In this document: in pieces, positions 31,025 through 44,702 of the stretch
How the letters are laid out: every line of letters begins with the position of its first letter
Position numbering within the stretch: the first letter of the stretch is position 1
Assembly: GCA_964187785.1 (NCBI GenBank)
Contig: OZ076420.1
Span: 6,386,001 to 6,450,000 of the forward strand
From: Amphiscolops sp. MND2022
Taxonomy: Eukaryota
Direction of reading: 5' to 3'
Length of the DNA: 64,000 bases
Notes under the pieces: model-generated
Database searches by the model: none
The model's input: the letters and a program-made list of their open reading frames with translations, nothing else
Told to the model about the DNA's origin: nothing
Position numbers and translations under genes: made by a program

Positions 31025-34000
31025 ATAGATAGATAAAGACTTAAAATCATTTTCACAACTAAAGAACAACAGCAAATATGCGACCCACAAAAGTAAACAA
31101 TCGAACAATTATTATTGCTGAATAAGACATAACATTGTGTGTTTTAACATAAAGAAACAGATTCGAAGTGTATAGGTGACGCGAGTCAAGAAGACTCAGC
31201 AGTCATTCTTGAAGTTCAATAGGAGACGTTTATTCCCGTTATACAGGAGACATTTCGGAAGTTGTATAGGAGACGTGTTTAAGTTGTATATTCACGAAGT
31301 TGTATAGGAGACGCGAGTCAAGAAGATACGAATTAGCTTTCAAAGATCATTTAGCCACTGCAACTAGGGCATAAGCATTTAACCTACAAAGTGCAGGTTA
31401 GATGTAGCATAAATTTAGAGTCGCGAAGGGAACATAAATAGGAGTGAAGGCTGGGTTTGAATTCTTGATAGGGCCAACCGAAGTAAATTACACTTTCTCT
31501 AAGAAGATAGTTTCCTGATTTGACTGATCGCAAGAAGAAATTGTGGTGTGATTTGAAATTACTACAGATTTTCATTTCCAAATGCGGCTGAACATTTGAT
31601 CTCGTCGCAATTGAGGAGGCACCAAATGAACTTTTTGAGCTGAAGTCCGCATCAACTTTTGCATTGAGGATCCGCCAGAGAAGCAACATACTTTTTCAAT
31701 CAAGATAAAATACAGGGGCAGGAAGTTCTACGTCTTTAGGCACTCTTGGTAAGAGACAAACGGATTTAACCAGCAGAAGAACTTTTTTCTGCTCCTAACT
31801 TCTTCAAACAAGTTACTGAAGGATACCAAACTCCGCTGCAGTAAAGGCGAATTGATAAAATAAGGGACTGATAGAGTTGCAATCAATTTTCGCCAGCAAG
31901 AGAGACCAGAGGGTACACTCCTCTTTATGAGAGCCAAAATTTGAGAACCTTTTTGTAACTGATATTTGATGTGTGAGTCCCAACAAAATCTATTGTCAAC
32001 TAGAAGCCCAAGATCTTTAATTTAGTTGACTTCGCAAATGGGTATATCTTTCATAGACACCGATAAATTTCCCTGGCCAAAACACATAAATTTGATTTTA
32101 TCAAGATTGAATATCATCCCGTTGTCATCAGCCCAGAGGGTAAGAGAATTAATAATACTGTTCAACTGCACAAGCACTCGAAAATATTTGAGCCCAAGTT
32201 TCGAGATCATCAGCATTAAGCAATGATTCGGTATTTTGCAAGTTGTCAGAGATATCATTAATGAAAAATGTAAATAACAAAGGACCGAGTACACTGCCTT
32301 GAGGATCTCCGGATGTTACATTCTTGAACTCAGAAACACTTTGATCCAATTTCACGCACTGCCTTCGACTCGTGAGGTACAAGGTCAAATGCCTTTTTGA
32401 AATCAAAAGATACTGAGCAAACGGATACACTCTCACCAGAAGAGCGATAAAGACAATCGAGATAAAGGAGCAGTTGAGACAGCGTACTACGTCTTTTTAT
32501 AAATCCATGCTGAGATGGGGAGATTTGTGCACGAACCAAGGGGTAAATGTATCTAAATAGCATATGCTCGAAAACCAGAGACAACTTTACTAAAATGCTA
32601 ATTGGTCGATAGTTTTAAGTCAGTGAAACAGATCCATTTTTGCGTAGAGGAAGGATGAAAGCTGCTTTCTATTCACCAGGCCAAATTCCAGCATCAACAA
32701 TGCATTGAAAGAGCGAATGTACAAGAGGAGCAAGAATAGAAGCTGAATGATGGAGAACAAATGCAGGACTATTGTCACTCCCGGCTGATAGGTTATCATC
32801 ACATTCTTTCAACATGTTCTCGAATTCGAAGACAGCTACAAGAGAGACTGAAAGGATGATACTTGGGTTGTTAGATAGAACAATTTTTATTTGAGATGCT
32901 GGCCCAAACACAGAACAGCGGTAGTTGTTAAAAACATTGGCTTTTTCAACAATTGAATCAGCTTTATAGCCATTCCAGTCCATCACAGGGGGATAGACAG
33001 AAAAAGTTTTCATAGAGCGAAGATGTTTGAAAACGTGTCGGATGTCTGTGAGATTTATGGTCTCAAGGAAAGTAGCCTTATCGAGTTCTAAGGATTCAGA
33101 TATTTCGTTCTTAATAAGACAGAACTTAAAGATGAGAACCGAATTCAGGTTTTTCTTGATTTTACTCAACAGTATCTCGTTTGTTAATCAGATGTAGGGT
33201 ATGCGACGAAAAAAACTTGGAATAATTAGTCCTTTTGGTACGTTTAGGGGTTAAGCTGAGTGCAAGAGCCTTCGTCATTTCATGAAACCAATTTTGCACG
33301 AAGCCATCGTAGCAGATACGATATTCATACAAGAGCTTGTAGAGATCATTGAGAGCAAAATTGAAAGCAGTTATATCGAAACTGGATTTTGAATATTGCT
33401 GCAGAGAGACTAGATCATGATCAATTGTGTTCTAAGGTGGATGAACTGTTTTAGGGTAATGGTGCGACAAGCTTTTACAGAGTAGAAGTATGCTAAATCT
33501 GGGCAAGATGTTGCAATCAAATCAAGTGTATTTCCTTCAATGTTTGTAGGTTCATTTATTAATTGGAAAAGATCAAAATCATTGAGGAGATCCAAAGATC
33601 GAATTTCACAAATTATTTCCTGAGATGGTTTGCCAATTGATCAAAGTTAAATTGAAGTCACCCAGAAGAATGATTCGAAAACTTTTAGTACCAGTATACT
33701 TTTTTTGGTGCAGGACACGTAATAAACAATAGAATTGGATATGTCACCAAAACATGGTTTGTACGATGATGAAGCTGGTGGACAGTACATAAGAATGAAA
33801 AATGTGAGAATATTCTCCAAATGCAAGCCGCACCATAAACTATGATTTCACTTGATAGCCCCGTTTCACATAAAAAAGCAATTTTAAAATTATAAGGGAC
33901 TTAAAGCTTAAGTAAAGTTTGTCGTCTACCCAAACCACGTAAAGATTGACAGAGAATATTGAAGCGATTTAGTCAAGCAGTACCATTTACGGGAATTTTC

Positions 34001-34755
34001 ACGCTATTGTAGAATAGCTCCAGTTTTCTAATGCGAAACTGTTTCCTTTCGTATTCACCACTTTTTAGTAACTCGTATCTCTTGCAAGTAGTTTCTTTTC
34101 GACTGACTTCTCACTTGAGGTAAGGTATTTGTTGAAATATATTCGATGTTCATAGTCTTGTAGCTTGCAACTTTTGGCAAGACATTTGCGCAGACACCAA
34201 GGGTTGCAAGTAGCAAGACGCGGGCGGCACTTTACACCTTGAGACCCAGAAGACGACAAACCTTGAGACCCAGAGGAAGTCTGAGTGCTTGCTATCTTTT
34301 TGCGAAGTCGTCTAGCAGATATGATGTTAGCAGAATCGTCGTTAATTTGTCCGAAAATTTTATCTAATGCAACTGCATCGTCATCTGTTTGCTCGATTTC
34401 CGAGTCACCTAAATCAGGTACTCCGTTAATGATAAATGTAATTTCAGGCTAGTTGTTAGGAGAAGAAACGAATGAGATGACAAAAAAATATGTGCTTATT
34501 TTGTATGTAGGGCCAGACTTCTTTCGGCAAACCAGAACACTGCTCGTGAAACCACAAACCACAGTTGTCACATCCGACCCAGTTGTTGCCAGCACTAAGT
34601 CCCTCCCCACAATTTGCACAATCAAGTTTCTCCTTGTCATTGTCATCACCTCCAATTATCGATACATTTTTCTTTGAGGATGTTGAGTCCAGTTTATTTC
34701 TTGTCATTGCCATATTTAATATGAAACTGTTTGTTTATGTATTGATTCTTTTTTA
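31025..34755 (-). mobile_element. CR1/L2-type LINE, near full length but decayed
   Basis: ORF1 PHD finger CANC...CDNCGLWFHEQC (34456-34713); APE motif EPTNIEGNTLDLI; RT motifs QHGF, DFKKAFDLVPH, GDPQGSVLGPLLF, LNADD; (TATC)n tail near 31025. Confidence 0.88.
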
Positions 34756-36150
34756 AAAAATCGAATCTTGGGCGGTTTTGACGTAGACAGGTTGTATCCA
34801 ATTTTTCTGAGTTCCATCGAGAGGACTTTCCTGTTCATTCGTCAAACTCAACCGTTTCTCAAGTGCTAATAATGATGCGGATGAAACCCCAAGACAACCC
34901 ATCTCAGCGGGCAGAGCCAGCTGAGTACTCGAAACGCTGTCGAAGTTCACGTTACACACTTTGGAAAGCTCGTCGCGTACAGTTTTGTCATATTTTTCCA
35001 AGAGAGCCGGAAGATTTAAACATTTACTGGTTCTCAAAAGTACAGCAACTTTGGCAGACTGAAGCAATTTTTCAACATAAAAAAAAACCAAAGTGAGCAT
35101 CAAGTTTTTCAACATTTCCATTAACATTTTCCAGTTCATCAATTTTTTCCAAAAAGTCTGCTGAGCGGTTAACCAAGTTAATCTGTGATTTCGGGGCGAG
35201 CGGTTAACCAAGAATGATAAGTTCATCTGTTTTTGGTGCGTTGATCCCGGGGCAAAGTTTTTGGAAAGATGCTAAATATTTCGAGTGTCGTTTTTCAGTG
35301 ATGTCACCAACAAAAAAATTGCGCATTTCGTGGGTTTAATTTTGAGTACCAGCGTTTTTTCCGCTTCAACAATTTTTTGAGATCTTTGAAAACGGTTCTG
35401 TAATCATCACTTAAATTTCCATCGTCAAGTTACCATAATCTTATTTTCGACTCTAACCTGTCAATCAGATACTGAATGAAACCGAAAATAAGGCTAAATA
35501 CTCAGGATATTCCTGCTGGGTCTCTTCACAAGATTTGATTACTTAATCACCGTAGAAAAGAAAACTTAAACCGTAGAAATGGAAACCCAATATCAGCCAT
35601 TATCCCAGTATTCTGTTAGCAACAAAACAATGACCAAAAAACTAGTCTTTCCAGCAACAATCCCAGTAGACCGGTAGAACCAAAGTAAACAAGATGCGGT
35701 GAATTACAGATTTGAAAAATGACCTGTGAGATTTCATGGATCTTCGTCAGCAATCAAGTTCCATACGTGTCATCATGTTGGGGGGAGGAGACACACACCC
35801 ATGATCTGCAGCGAAAGGAAACTTCATACCAGCTACTAACGCAGTAACAACAAAAAACTGCCAACCAATTACTCAAACCAGCCACTATCCCGGTCGACCG
35901 GTGGAAACAAGTTCCAAAAAAGCTGCAATGGTATACAGGTTCAAAAACGACGATGTATAATATTTCTTCAAACGCATCTCTGTCGCTCAAAATTCCCAGA
36001 ACACAAACCGCATTGCAGATCTGAAAAGCCATTTTTACTGAAAAATGACTATTCGTATTAAACTTCTTCAAACGCATCTGTTGCTCACAGTTCCTAGAAC
36101 ACAGTCAGCATTGCCAAGGTGAAGAGTCAGTGAGATCCGTTGCTTCAAGA

Positions 36151-39100
36151 TGTGTACACTTATGATTGTCTCTGTAATATATTGCGGTACTTAAGCTGAA
36201 GTGTTAAGGTCGTTTGGTGTGTACCTTCTGATGAATATTAGCGTTTATTCGAGTGTTTTGATCCGCAGAAGATACGACAATTGGTGACCAGGCCAAGATA
36301 AATTTCAAGGTCAGAATGCTGAAGATTTTTGCTGCTGATTCACTATACAATTCCCTTGGAAATCAGTTTCCGTAAACAACTTCGAGAACTCGTTCACGCC
36401 GTTCCCGATATAGCGGGAACCCAGAGTCCGAAAACAGGTCAAAAGACGTTTACAGCTATCTCAAGTCTGAAGAACTGGAACAAACGAGAACTGAATACAA
36501 GAAGTTTTCTACGACGCGATCTGATTAACAATACTAGAACACCCAACAGAGAGAACAGAATTAAAGTTCGGAGAGTAATTCAGCTGTTGACTTCATTGTG
36601 AGGTATCACAAACCTATCCGGCATATCACCGAATATCTTTGAAGACCTGGAAACACCGGGCTGCTCAATCATCCAACTCACGACCGAAAAACTGAACAAG
36701 TCAGAGAGGCGCAGTGAAGGTCTCGTTGAAAAATACAGAGCTCTGCATCAACCCAATCTCAAATTTAGATCTCTGGTTGTAGTCCTACATGAGTGCGCAG
36801 ATATGGATAGAAAGAAATTGATCGAAAAGCAACTGATTTACTGTGGTCCACTTGTTGAAGTTTAGAAACCTGGTCGAAAGAATCGATTCGAATTGCACGG
36901 CTCACCAGAAACACGTCGACTTGCTCAGATCGAAAGTTAAACATGTCACAATAAGCACTCCTCGAATAAATCCCTATTTCGCCCAGTGCCCTGCGGGTAT
37001 TTGGGGCTGCTTGATTTTTCATCTTGCTAAACGAGGTCGAAAAGGAGCAAAGATCTTGAGGGAACAGAGATCGCGAAGCGATCGTAGTGGGACCTGGTCT
37101 TTGCAACGGTGAGGGCGAGCGTGCATACACCATATATGCCCTTTATTGTAATATTTCGCGGATTATAGACCGCCATTTGAAATCTGCAATCAGAAACACA
37201 ACTGTCAGACATGTAATAATTAGTTTACGAAACATCATAAACCTCTCTATTTCACGCGAAGTATTCTATCACTTTCAATCTCTCTCCAATCGATTCCAAT
37301 TTTTCGATCAACTAGTTCGATCAGTTTCTGTTCGACCCGGGAATTTGTTTCATGCAAGCCGTTCACATTACCACCCGAACTTCAAGAAGAGATTGCAAAC
37401 AGTAGAGGAAGCACCAAGTGAATAACTCATCACGACCACAGAATGGCTAAACGAAAAAGAGGACTACTAAAGGAGAGTTTATAGAGTCTCGGTTCCAGAG
37501 CCGCTGTTGTTACATCGTAATAACTTTTCACAAAAAAGGCGAGCTTTTAGAGTCTAACACTCAAGACCCCGTGAGTACTTCCTAGCCCTTGGGACTCAAA
37601 TTATTCGAATTGTGTTTTTTTGAATGGTCATCAGAAAATTCAATAAGTAAACCGGAATTGAACCTCAAAGAACCCGATCAAGCACTTATGTGACACAAGG
37701 ATTTCGAGGCGCGCGCGTGATGAAAAAAGGGGCAGGGACTCAACACCTGGAGTTAGTAGCAAAAGAATATCAAAACAGTGATTTCTTCATGAGCCAATGC
37801 GACCTCGAAGCGTTGATAGAGCTCAGTAGCCTCGTTGCTCCCACAAACACTGAGGACATGAACTTCATAGACAACCCTAAGGATCTCAAAACGTGCTTGA
37901 AGCAACAAGAGAGGATGGTGGTTGAAGAACCCATTGGTTTCCTTCAGATGTCTCAAGGGGAAGAAGAAGTGTAAACCGACTACCATGTTAGGGTCCGAAA
38001 GGCTGCACGTTATTGCAAGTTTGTCGATCTCAAAGCTTCTTGTTGATCCCGAATTGATGATGAATGATGTTGAAGCTGAATTGATCCGATTACAAGTTAT
38101 CGCTGTCCTACGAGGCAGCGAATGCAAGCTTAAGTTACTTCACGCACTGAGAGCAAACGACAATTTGACGGTGAAAGAACTGCTGCATTTCATTCACTAG
38201 GGAACCACAGGCCAAGTGGTTCACTGAGAGCTCAATTCATTCGTCAACTTCGAGTGGAGTTGCATATGCCGAGAAACATGGCCTCAATGGTAAAAAAAGA
38301 TCTGAGTCATCGTTAGAAGCCAGACTCTGAACAGTCTGGACGATGTGAACGAAGACCATTCCAGTCAATTTCTGCGTGCCGTGCTAACTTTGAAAAGTTT
38401 CACATTTGTTCCAAGCAAGGACCGTACTCCAAAATGTAAAAAGATAAAAAAAGAAATCACTCGAACTGAAGGCAAAATCTAGCAAAAATCAAATGCATCT
38501 GTGTACCACGCTTCTGAGGAACAAGAATTTGAAGAACCTTCCTCATCCGAAGAAACCAGATTTTGAGCAGAACAAATAGCGACTGTATAAGAAGCCCATC
38601 ACATCGGAAGCAAAGTTGATTTTCTTAGCGTCAAGCTAAATGACCATGACGTTCGAATGCGGAACGACATTGGTTTTCAGTGACCATTATCTCAATAAAC
38701 TTTCAGCGGAAATGTGGCTCTCCAACATTGCGCGCAAACACCGGTGGACGGAAGCGTACATTGGACACAGAATGCAGTACTTTGGTCGTCTAAAGTGTGA
38801 GAACCTATTGGGAAAAGGACATTGGTTGCGTTGACGTTGGAGGTATCGAGTCCGAGAAAGAATTCGGATTGATCGGCAGAGACGTAACCCGAGTTCATCA
38901 CATTCCCAACGCATCTTTAACCAATATAGAAATCTTGCTTGGCATCGACAAAGTTAAGGCCACTATCAACATGAAGCCTGGCCCAAAACCTGTTTTTTGT
39001 AGTGCTCGAAACATTCCACTTGCCAAAAAAGTCCAGGTCAAAATTGAATTGGCGAAACTTCAGGCAAAAGGAAAAATTGCCCGAATCGATGCAGAAGGTG

Positions 39101-41330
39101 TTATGAATGCTTCGGCATTTGCGTGGCAACGGAAGAAACACGGATGTTTTAGGCTTTGTGCAGATTTCAAAGTTCAGGTAAATGATAGGATCATGACTGA
39201 ACACTGCCCGCTTCCCGACGTGGAAGCATATTTCACAAATTGGAAGAGTCAAAGTTTTATGTCAAGATTGACTATCATCTGCTTGTTATCAAAAAAACTG
39301 GATGATGAAGCGCAACATAATTGCGTCATCAACACAACACTTGACCTCTGTAAGTTACTCCGACTACCTCAAGGAATGAAAAAAGCATCCGGAAAGTTCC
39401 AGCGGACAATCGAAAACTCTCTCAAAAGGTTGGTTGGAACAATCTGTTTTCAGGAGGACGTACTGGCACACGGAAGAGCACGAAGGCAAGGTGAGAAGCG
39501 TTGGAGCACAGTTCAGGATCGCTTGAAAGTCAAAAGGTTTACCTTCAGTGAAGTCATGTCTGGGTATAGTGGAAAAATCACTTTTCTCTGTTTCACATTT
39601 GAAGCGGCATTGAGCCCGTTGTCTGCTTAGTCAATATCGTCAACAAAATCAATTCTCCTCGAACTCTGAAGGACGTTGAACAGTTGTGTGGACTTGACAA
39701 CTTCATCCCGAACTTTTCTTGGAAAATTGCATCCAGTTCTGATCTGACGAAGAGATCGGAGGCTGAGTTGCAGTGGACTGAAAAATATCAACGTACATTT
39801 GAAAAGGTGAAGTCGGAGTTAGCATCGAAACTTGTTGTTCAGCCCTTTTTTCTGAGAAAAGAAGCAACGATCACAACTGATGCGGTTGAGAAAACTGTTG
39901 GTGTAAACCTATTTTAGGAAGGCCACACTGTAATTTATGTATCAAAGACGTTGCCTGAAGCTGAGCAAAGGTACTCTAACACTGAGTGTGAAGCCCTAGC
40001 GGTTGTCGTGGTGGTAAAACGTTGGAACCAGTTTTTACGTGGCCGGAAATTCAACCTAGAAACTGATCATCTTTCTCTGGAGTTCACTTTTGCAAAAACA
40101 CGGTACTTATAAAAACCGTAACACCAATAATCACCAGATGGGCAATTTTGTTTGTGGCCTTTGATTATGAAATTTAAAACAAAAAATGATCTTCGATTCC
40201 TCTCGCCGACACCACCAGCCGTCTCAATTTCTATCAGGATGATGACGAGTGCAATCTAGTTGAATACTCAAGTCCCAATCATGACAAATTCTGTGGTCAC
40301 TTTCCGGAGCTGAAACTTGCTCCATTCGAACAGTTAATTCATGAATGTGAATGCATTGATTTGGCCAAGCGAATTGTCAGGCGTGTCATTGATGGCAAGA
40401 GGCAAGCTTGTATGCAAACAGAGATTGTGTTCAAGGAAGCATCTGGTTTCCTCACATTCGACAAGGAGCTGCTACAAAACGGAACTAGACCTTACATTCC
40501 ACCAAGAATGCGGAAGATCGTAATTGAACAAACTCATGGTACTCAACTTGGTGTCCAGGCAGCTTAACACATTGTTAACCTAATCTCTTGGTGGTCTGGG
40601 GTCGGAAAAGATGTTGAAACACTCAGTGGCTGCTCTGAATGTGAAAAAATCCGTACCACCAACTGAGAAATTGGTCGTCCCTTGGCCAGATGCACAGCCA
40701 TGGGCGAGACTACACATTGATTGGGCTTATATCCAAGAAGAAGTAGGCAACACTCTCATTGCCTAGGTGCTTTATTGGACAAAAGTATTGGAACCTGACA
40801 TTTAGGTTTTTTCTCTTTCCGATGCTGGTTCTGGTTGAATAGAAGCGTTAATATGCAGTAATCGCCCCACGGAAAAAGTCATACAGTGTCTGTCCGCCAT
40901 TTTTGGGAGCTTTGGGGTCTGGCACACATTAGTTTCCGACAACGCTAACAACTTTATTAACGACAAAGTTGTCATGTAATTACAGGCTCAAAGGTGCACT
41001 CAATTAGAGAGTCCTATCTACAATCCAAGGAGTAATGGATTGACCGAACAGGCACTGCAGACTGCAAAGAAAGCAATAAGGGCATGGAACTCGTCTCTCA
41101 GGGTCAGTTTTCATGCATTTTTGCAATGAGTTCTGTTCACGCACCGTAACACTTCCGTGAGAGGGAACACTCCCTCGGAAGTTCTGTTTGGAAGGAAAAA
41201 GCGACTTGCTGCTGTCATCAATTATCACACCGGAGAGCATGTAGTCTTTCGCGATGAACCTCACACTGCATCTTTGCCTGCACCGTATGTCGTTTGAAAG
41301 GGCAATAATACAGCCTGCCTACTAAATTTG
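36151..41330 (+). mobile_element. Decayed Ty3/Gypsy LTR retrotransposon
   Basis: Candidate 5' LTR TG...CA 36151-36279 followed by TGGTGACC PBS-like site; gag remnants; RT (RLCADFKVQVN, LPQGMKKASGKFQR, CFQED), RNase H (TTDA), integrase (LVSDNA, NPRSNG); many stops; no 3' LTR seen. Confidence 0.85.
36791..37360. mobile_element. Foldback-type MITE E inserted in the Gypsy gag region
   Basis: GATCGAA/TTCGATC repeat arms, CATGCAAGCC end like MITE C, core 36980-37140 homologous (inverted) to the MITE B core; TSD degraded. Confidence 0.65.
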
Positions 41331-42117
41331 GTTTTGGGAAGTATTCTGTTCGGGGAAACTGTTTTTCGAGTTATACGGTGATCGTTTTCAAATTTTTGGT
41401 ACTCTGGGACTAATGGGAGTTCTCTCAGTACTTTTCTTAGGTATATGGGAAAAACCTGCCGCCGATATCGACTCTGCGCAACTTCTCACTAATTTTTCCT
41501 TTTTCATTAGATGTTCGTTTTGTTGATATTTTCCTTTAGAAAAATAAAATTCATTTTCGAGACTTGATAATTCAAAAAAAATCTGTCGTCGAGTTACTGT
41601 ACTTTTTCAAAAAAGCGCTATATCTGAATTGTTGAAGTTTTTCTCGATTTCTTTTGTCAAAACACAAATAAATTAGAGTTCGGATTTATAACCGTTTTCA
41701 ACCTCAAACTGTTTTTCTCCGAAGTTGAATAATACGGAACACTAAATCCCTATTTTTGATTTCTCCGGCCGGCCGTTACATACTCAAAACATGTCGTCGT
41801 TTAAAAAACGGTTAAAAAGCGAGGAAATTCAATAAGTCCAAAGACGGTAGACTTGGTGTCAAAACGACAGCGGGTCTACCCTTTATGCAAGATGTTTTGA
41901 GTTACAGCATCATCGTTGAAAAGACAAAAGAGACTTTTATGGAGTTTTTAGTCCTGTGATTTGTTGCTTTGGAACTCCTCTGCAATACTGATGTCTTATT
42001 TCGAGTCACTTTTGAACCTTGAGCGAGATATGAACTTGGATCGCCGTTCTACCGTTTTACTATTGGTTACTTCAAATTGTAAACAAAGTGTATAAGTCGT
42101 CGACCCTTTTAAGGCTC

Positions 42118-43245
42118 AACAAGACGGGAACGTCTAAAGTCGGCGCCATATCCAAGGCTCAAAAAGCGCAAAGTTTTTAAAATTGTAGAAGGGGGGGACT
42201 CTTTCGGCTTTTTGAAAATCCAGTTTGTTGCAAAATATCAAAAAAATGAAGGAGCGACCCTTCGGAGACATTGAAAAATTTCGAAAAAAAAATTCCAAAA
42301 AAAACAAAAATTGAGAATTTTTAACAGTCACATAGTGCCGAAAAATGTAAAAGGGCGACCTTTAGGCTTTTTCAACATCCATTCAGTTGCAAAACACCAA
42401 AAAATAGAAGGGGGGACCCTTTGAAGACTTTAAAAAATTTCGAAAAAAAGTCTCACAAAGCCGAAAAGGGGCGGGGAAAGTCTTATAGCGCCGAAAAATT
42501 GGAAGGGGGGCCCTTCTGGGTTTGGCATTTCAAGGTAGAGGCCTTTGGATGCGTTCAAAATCAAGTACTGAGTACTTTTGGTAAAAGTGAATAATTCACA
42601 AAAAGTGGTACATACGCGATGAGTGAATAGTCTGACAAAAAAAAACAAACAAGACGGGAACGTCTAAAGTCGGCGCTATATCTAAGACTCAAAAAGCGCA
42701 AAAGACTTTTTTAAAAAAAACTTGAAATTTTTGATTTTTTTCTTTCAGAAAATGTTGCATAGTGCCGAAAAATGTAAAAGGGGGGACCCTTTGGGCTTTA
42801 TTAACATATATTCTGTTGCAAAATATCAAAAAACTCGAAAGGGGGACTCTTTTGAGACATTAAAAAATTTTCGAAAAAAGTCGCACAGTGCCGAAAAAAA
42901 TTGAAAGGGGAGACCCTTTAGTCTCTTCTGGTTTTGTAGGTTACGTAAAAGGTTAAAAATGAAAGGGGGGACCCTTTGCACTAAGTTTGCATTGGCCGGA
43001 CTTGGCCTAGTAGCCTGAGTAGTTTTATCAGTTTCTGTAAAAAGTGGTACATACGCGATGAGGTCTGTGGTCTGACGAAAAAAAAAGAAAAAAAACTAGC
43101 CACTGTAAGAGTCGGGCACTTTTCACTAGAAAAGCGCCGACTAAAAAAACTAGCCACTGTAAGAGTCGGGCACTTTTCACTAGAAAAGCGCCGACTAAAA
43201 AAACTAGCCACTGTAATAGTCGGGCTCTTTTCACTAAAGAGCGAA
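42118..43245 (-). mobile_element. Two stacked HINE copies
   Basis: AACAAGACGGGAACGTCTAAAGTCGGCGC termini at 42118 and 42648; subTIR end at about 43200. Confidence 0.75.
43092..43243. repeat. 54-bp tandem triplication of the HINE terminus
   Basis: CTAGC recurs at 43096, 43150, 43204; unit contains AGTCGG...GCGCCGACT. Confidence 0.95.
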
Positions 43246-43567
43246 AGAACTTCAAAGTGTCAAGGATTCTCTTTTGAATAAATTCTCAGTTCCATAGAAC
43301 CAGGAAGAAACAAAGAGGACCCATTTGAGCCTAAAAGGGCTTTTTTGCTGTTATTCTTACCATAAACGTCAATTACGTCGGATAAAAGGTCAAAAATTCA
43401 GATATAAACTTCTTTTCTTTCAAATTCGGAAGGTAGCGAAACATCGGAAACATTTATAAGCTTCGAACCTCCGCCTCCTAACTATCAAAACACAATATAC
43501 TTCGCATAGAACGTCAAAAATTCGGAAAGTATAGAAACTTGAGGAAAAGCTTGTAAGCAATCTGTGA

Positions 43568-44482
43568 GATCGCTGATCTTTTAAAAAGCCACTGCTACAG
43601 TCGGTTCTTTCATTCGAAAAGCAAGAGCCGACTGAAAACTGTATTCATACTATCATAGCTCCAACCTCACTTTTTGTAGGAAAACTTTGAAATGCTGCCA
43701 ATCAACTAAAATGGAGTCTTTCTGACACAAAAGTAACAACGTCATCAAGAGCTACCTTTCCTCCTCCTCTTGGTATTTGAGAAAGTAATTTGTTTTCAGT
43801 TGAAACAAATGCAATTTGGACTGTTGGTGGAAATTTGTTGGTAAACACGACCAATAGAAACAGACTACACAGAGAAATCTCGGTGGCCTTCTAATCTGTA
43901 GGATATTGTCTTCCACTGATTATGAATTCGCTCTTAAAGGTCCAACTCAAAGTACGCAGAAGAAGGAAATAATTTCTCTTTATTTACAATGCTATGAAAT
44001 TGATTTCCAAAAGCTTATTATCAGTTTTCCTTATGTTCATGTTAGTGAAGACCAGTGTTTTAGCAAAGCTTCACAAAAATGGTGAGTTTATATGTTGTAT
44101 TTTCTTTTTTGAGCAACCAGCTGAAATTTAGCAGACCAAAAAAAGCCAACCCTTTCGAATAGTAAGCAACACACAAGCTAGACGCCCATAACAGTTAACC
44201 ACTTGTAATAATTTTTTTACTAACTTTCAAATTTAGCATTCCCAATAACGTATAGGGAAATATGATTATATCATTAGCTTTACTTGCCTTGTAAAGTTGA
44301 ACACTTCAGTAATCACAAAATGGGAACTTCGAAATTTTCGGTTCGATCATCGAAATTTGAAAAATCAGATCATCAGCTATGAAACTCATGAAAAATCCAG
44401 AAAACAAAAACAACCCTCTCTGAAAGTTTCTGGATGCCTTACGAGCAACCGATGCGTTGTTCAATTGATCAAAAACGCGTAG
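43568..44482 (+). pseudogene. Possible decayed 7TM (rhodopsin-like GPCR) reading frame, or a short secreted-peptide gene
   Basis: A single frame gives DR*SFKKPL, GYCLPLIMNSLLKVQLKVRRRRK, LISKSLLSVFLMFMLV, CLVKLNTSV..LRNFRF with scattered stops; alternatively ATG 43994 opens a signal-peptide-like exon ending G|GTGAGT. Confidence 0.3.
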
Positions 44483-44620
44483 TGGCACTGTGAAATTTTT
44501 CAAGACCTGGAAAACACTATTAAAAGCAAGGTTTGGCCATCATAGCTTAAGCTCTCTCTAGTATCAATTCTCTCATAGTCTCTTCAAGGTCTCGAACAAG
44601 ACGGGAGCGTCGAAAGTCGG

Positions 44621-44702
44621 TGTTATACGGTGTAATACCGAGCCCGTTCGGTTCATTAGATTTGCAATTCGTCTTTTATTTCAAAAAGTTGGAAATAGAA
44701 CA
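44621..44702 (+). mobile_element. 82-bp miniature solo LTR with 5-bp TSD inside a HINE
   Basis: GTCGG|TGTTATACGGTG...GAAATAGAACA|GTCGG; ends match the LTR at 50403-50647. Confidence 0.8.

Larger units (their letters stand above)
28928..35530 (-). mobile_element. CRE-clade non-LTR retrotransposon (5'-truncated), split by four insertions
   Basis: RT C-terminus LESKIRLW*LDDGNL (35420-35434), LPKLLYFLRTS, QLALPAEMG; then RMDDKRSK (31020), CRCG..HGLSC..RH knuckle (30620-30700), RPDGITLVPW...WDVT...K..KY endonuclease (29887-30340), terminal DEDHLSELHYL*. Confidence 0.9.

Noticed and set aside
35754-36077. Cys-rich hydrophobic 107-aa ORF
   Set aside because: No family recognised; it lies between TE remnants and contains a short local duplication.
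44621-44702. Missing 5' part of the 5' LTR of the 45205-50647 Gypsy
   Set aside because: It has its own CA end and its own GTCGG TSD, so it is an independent insertion.
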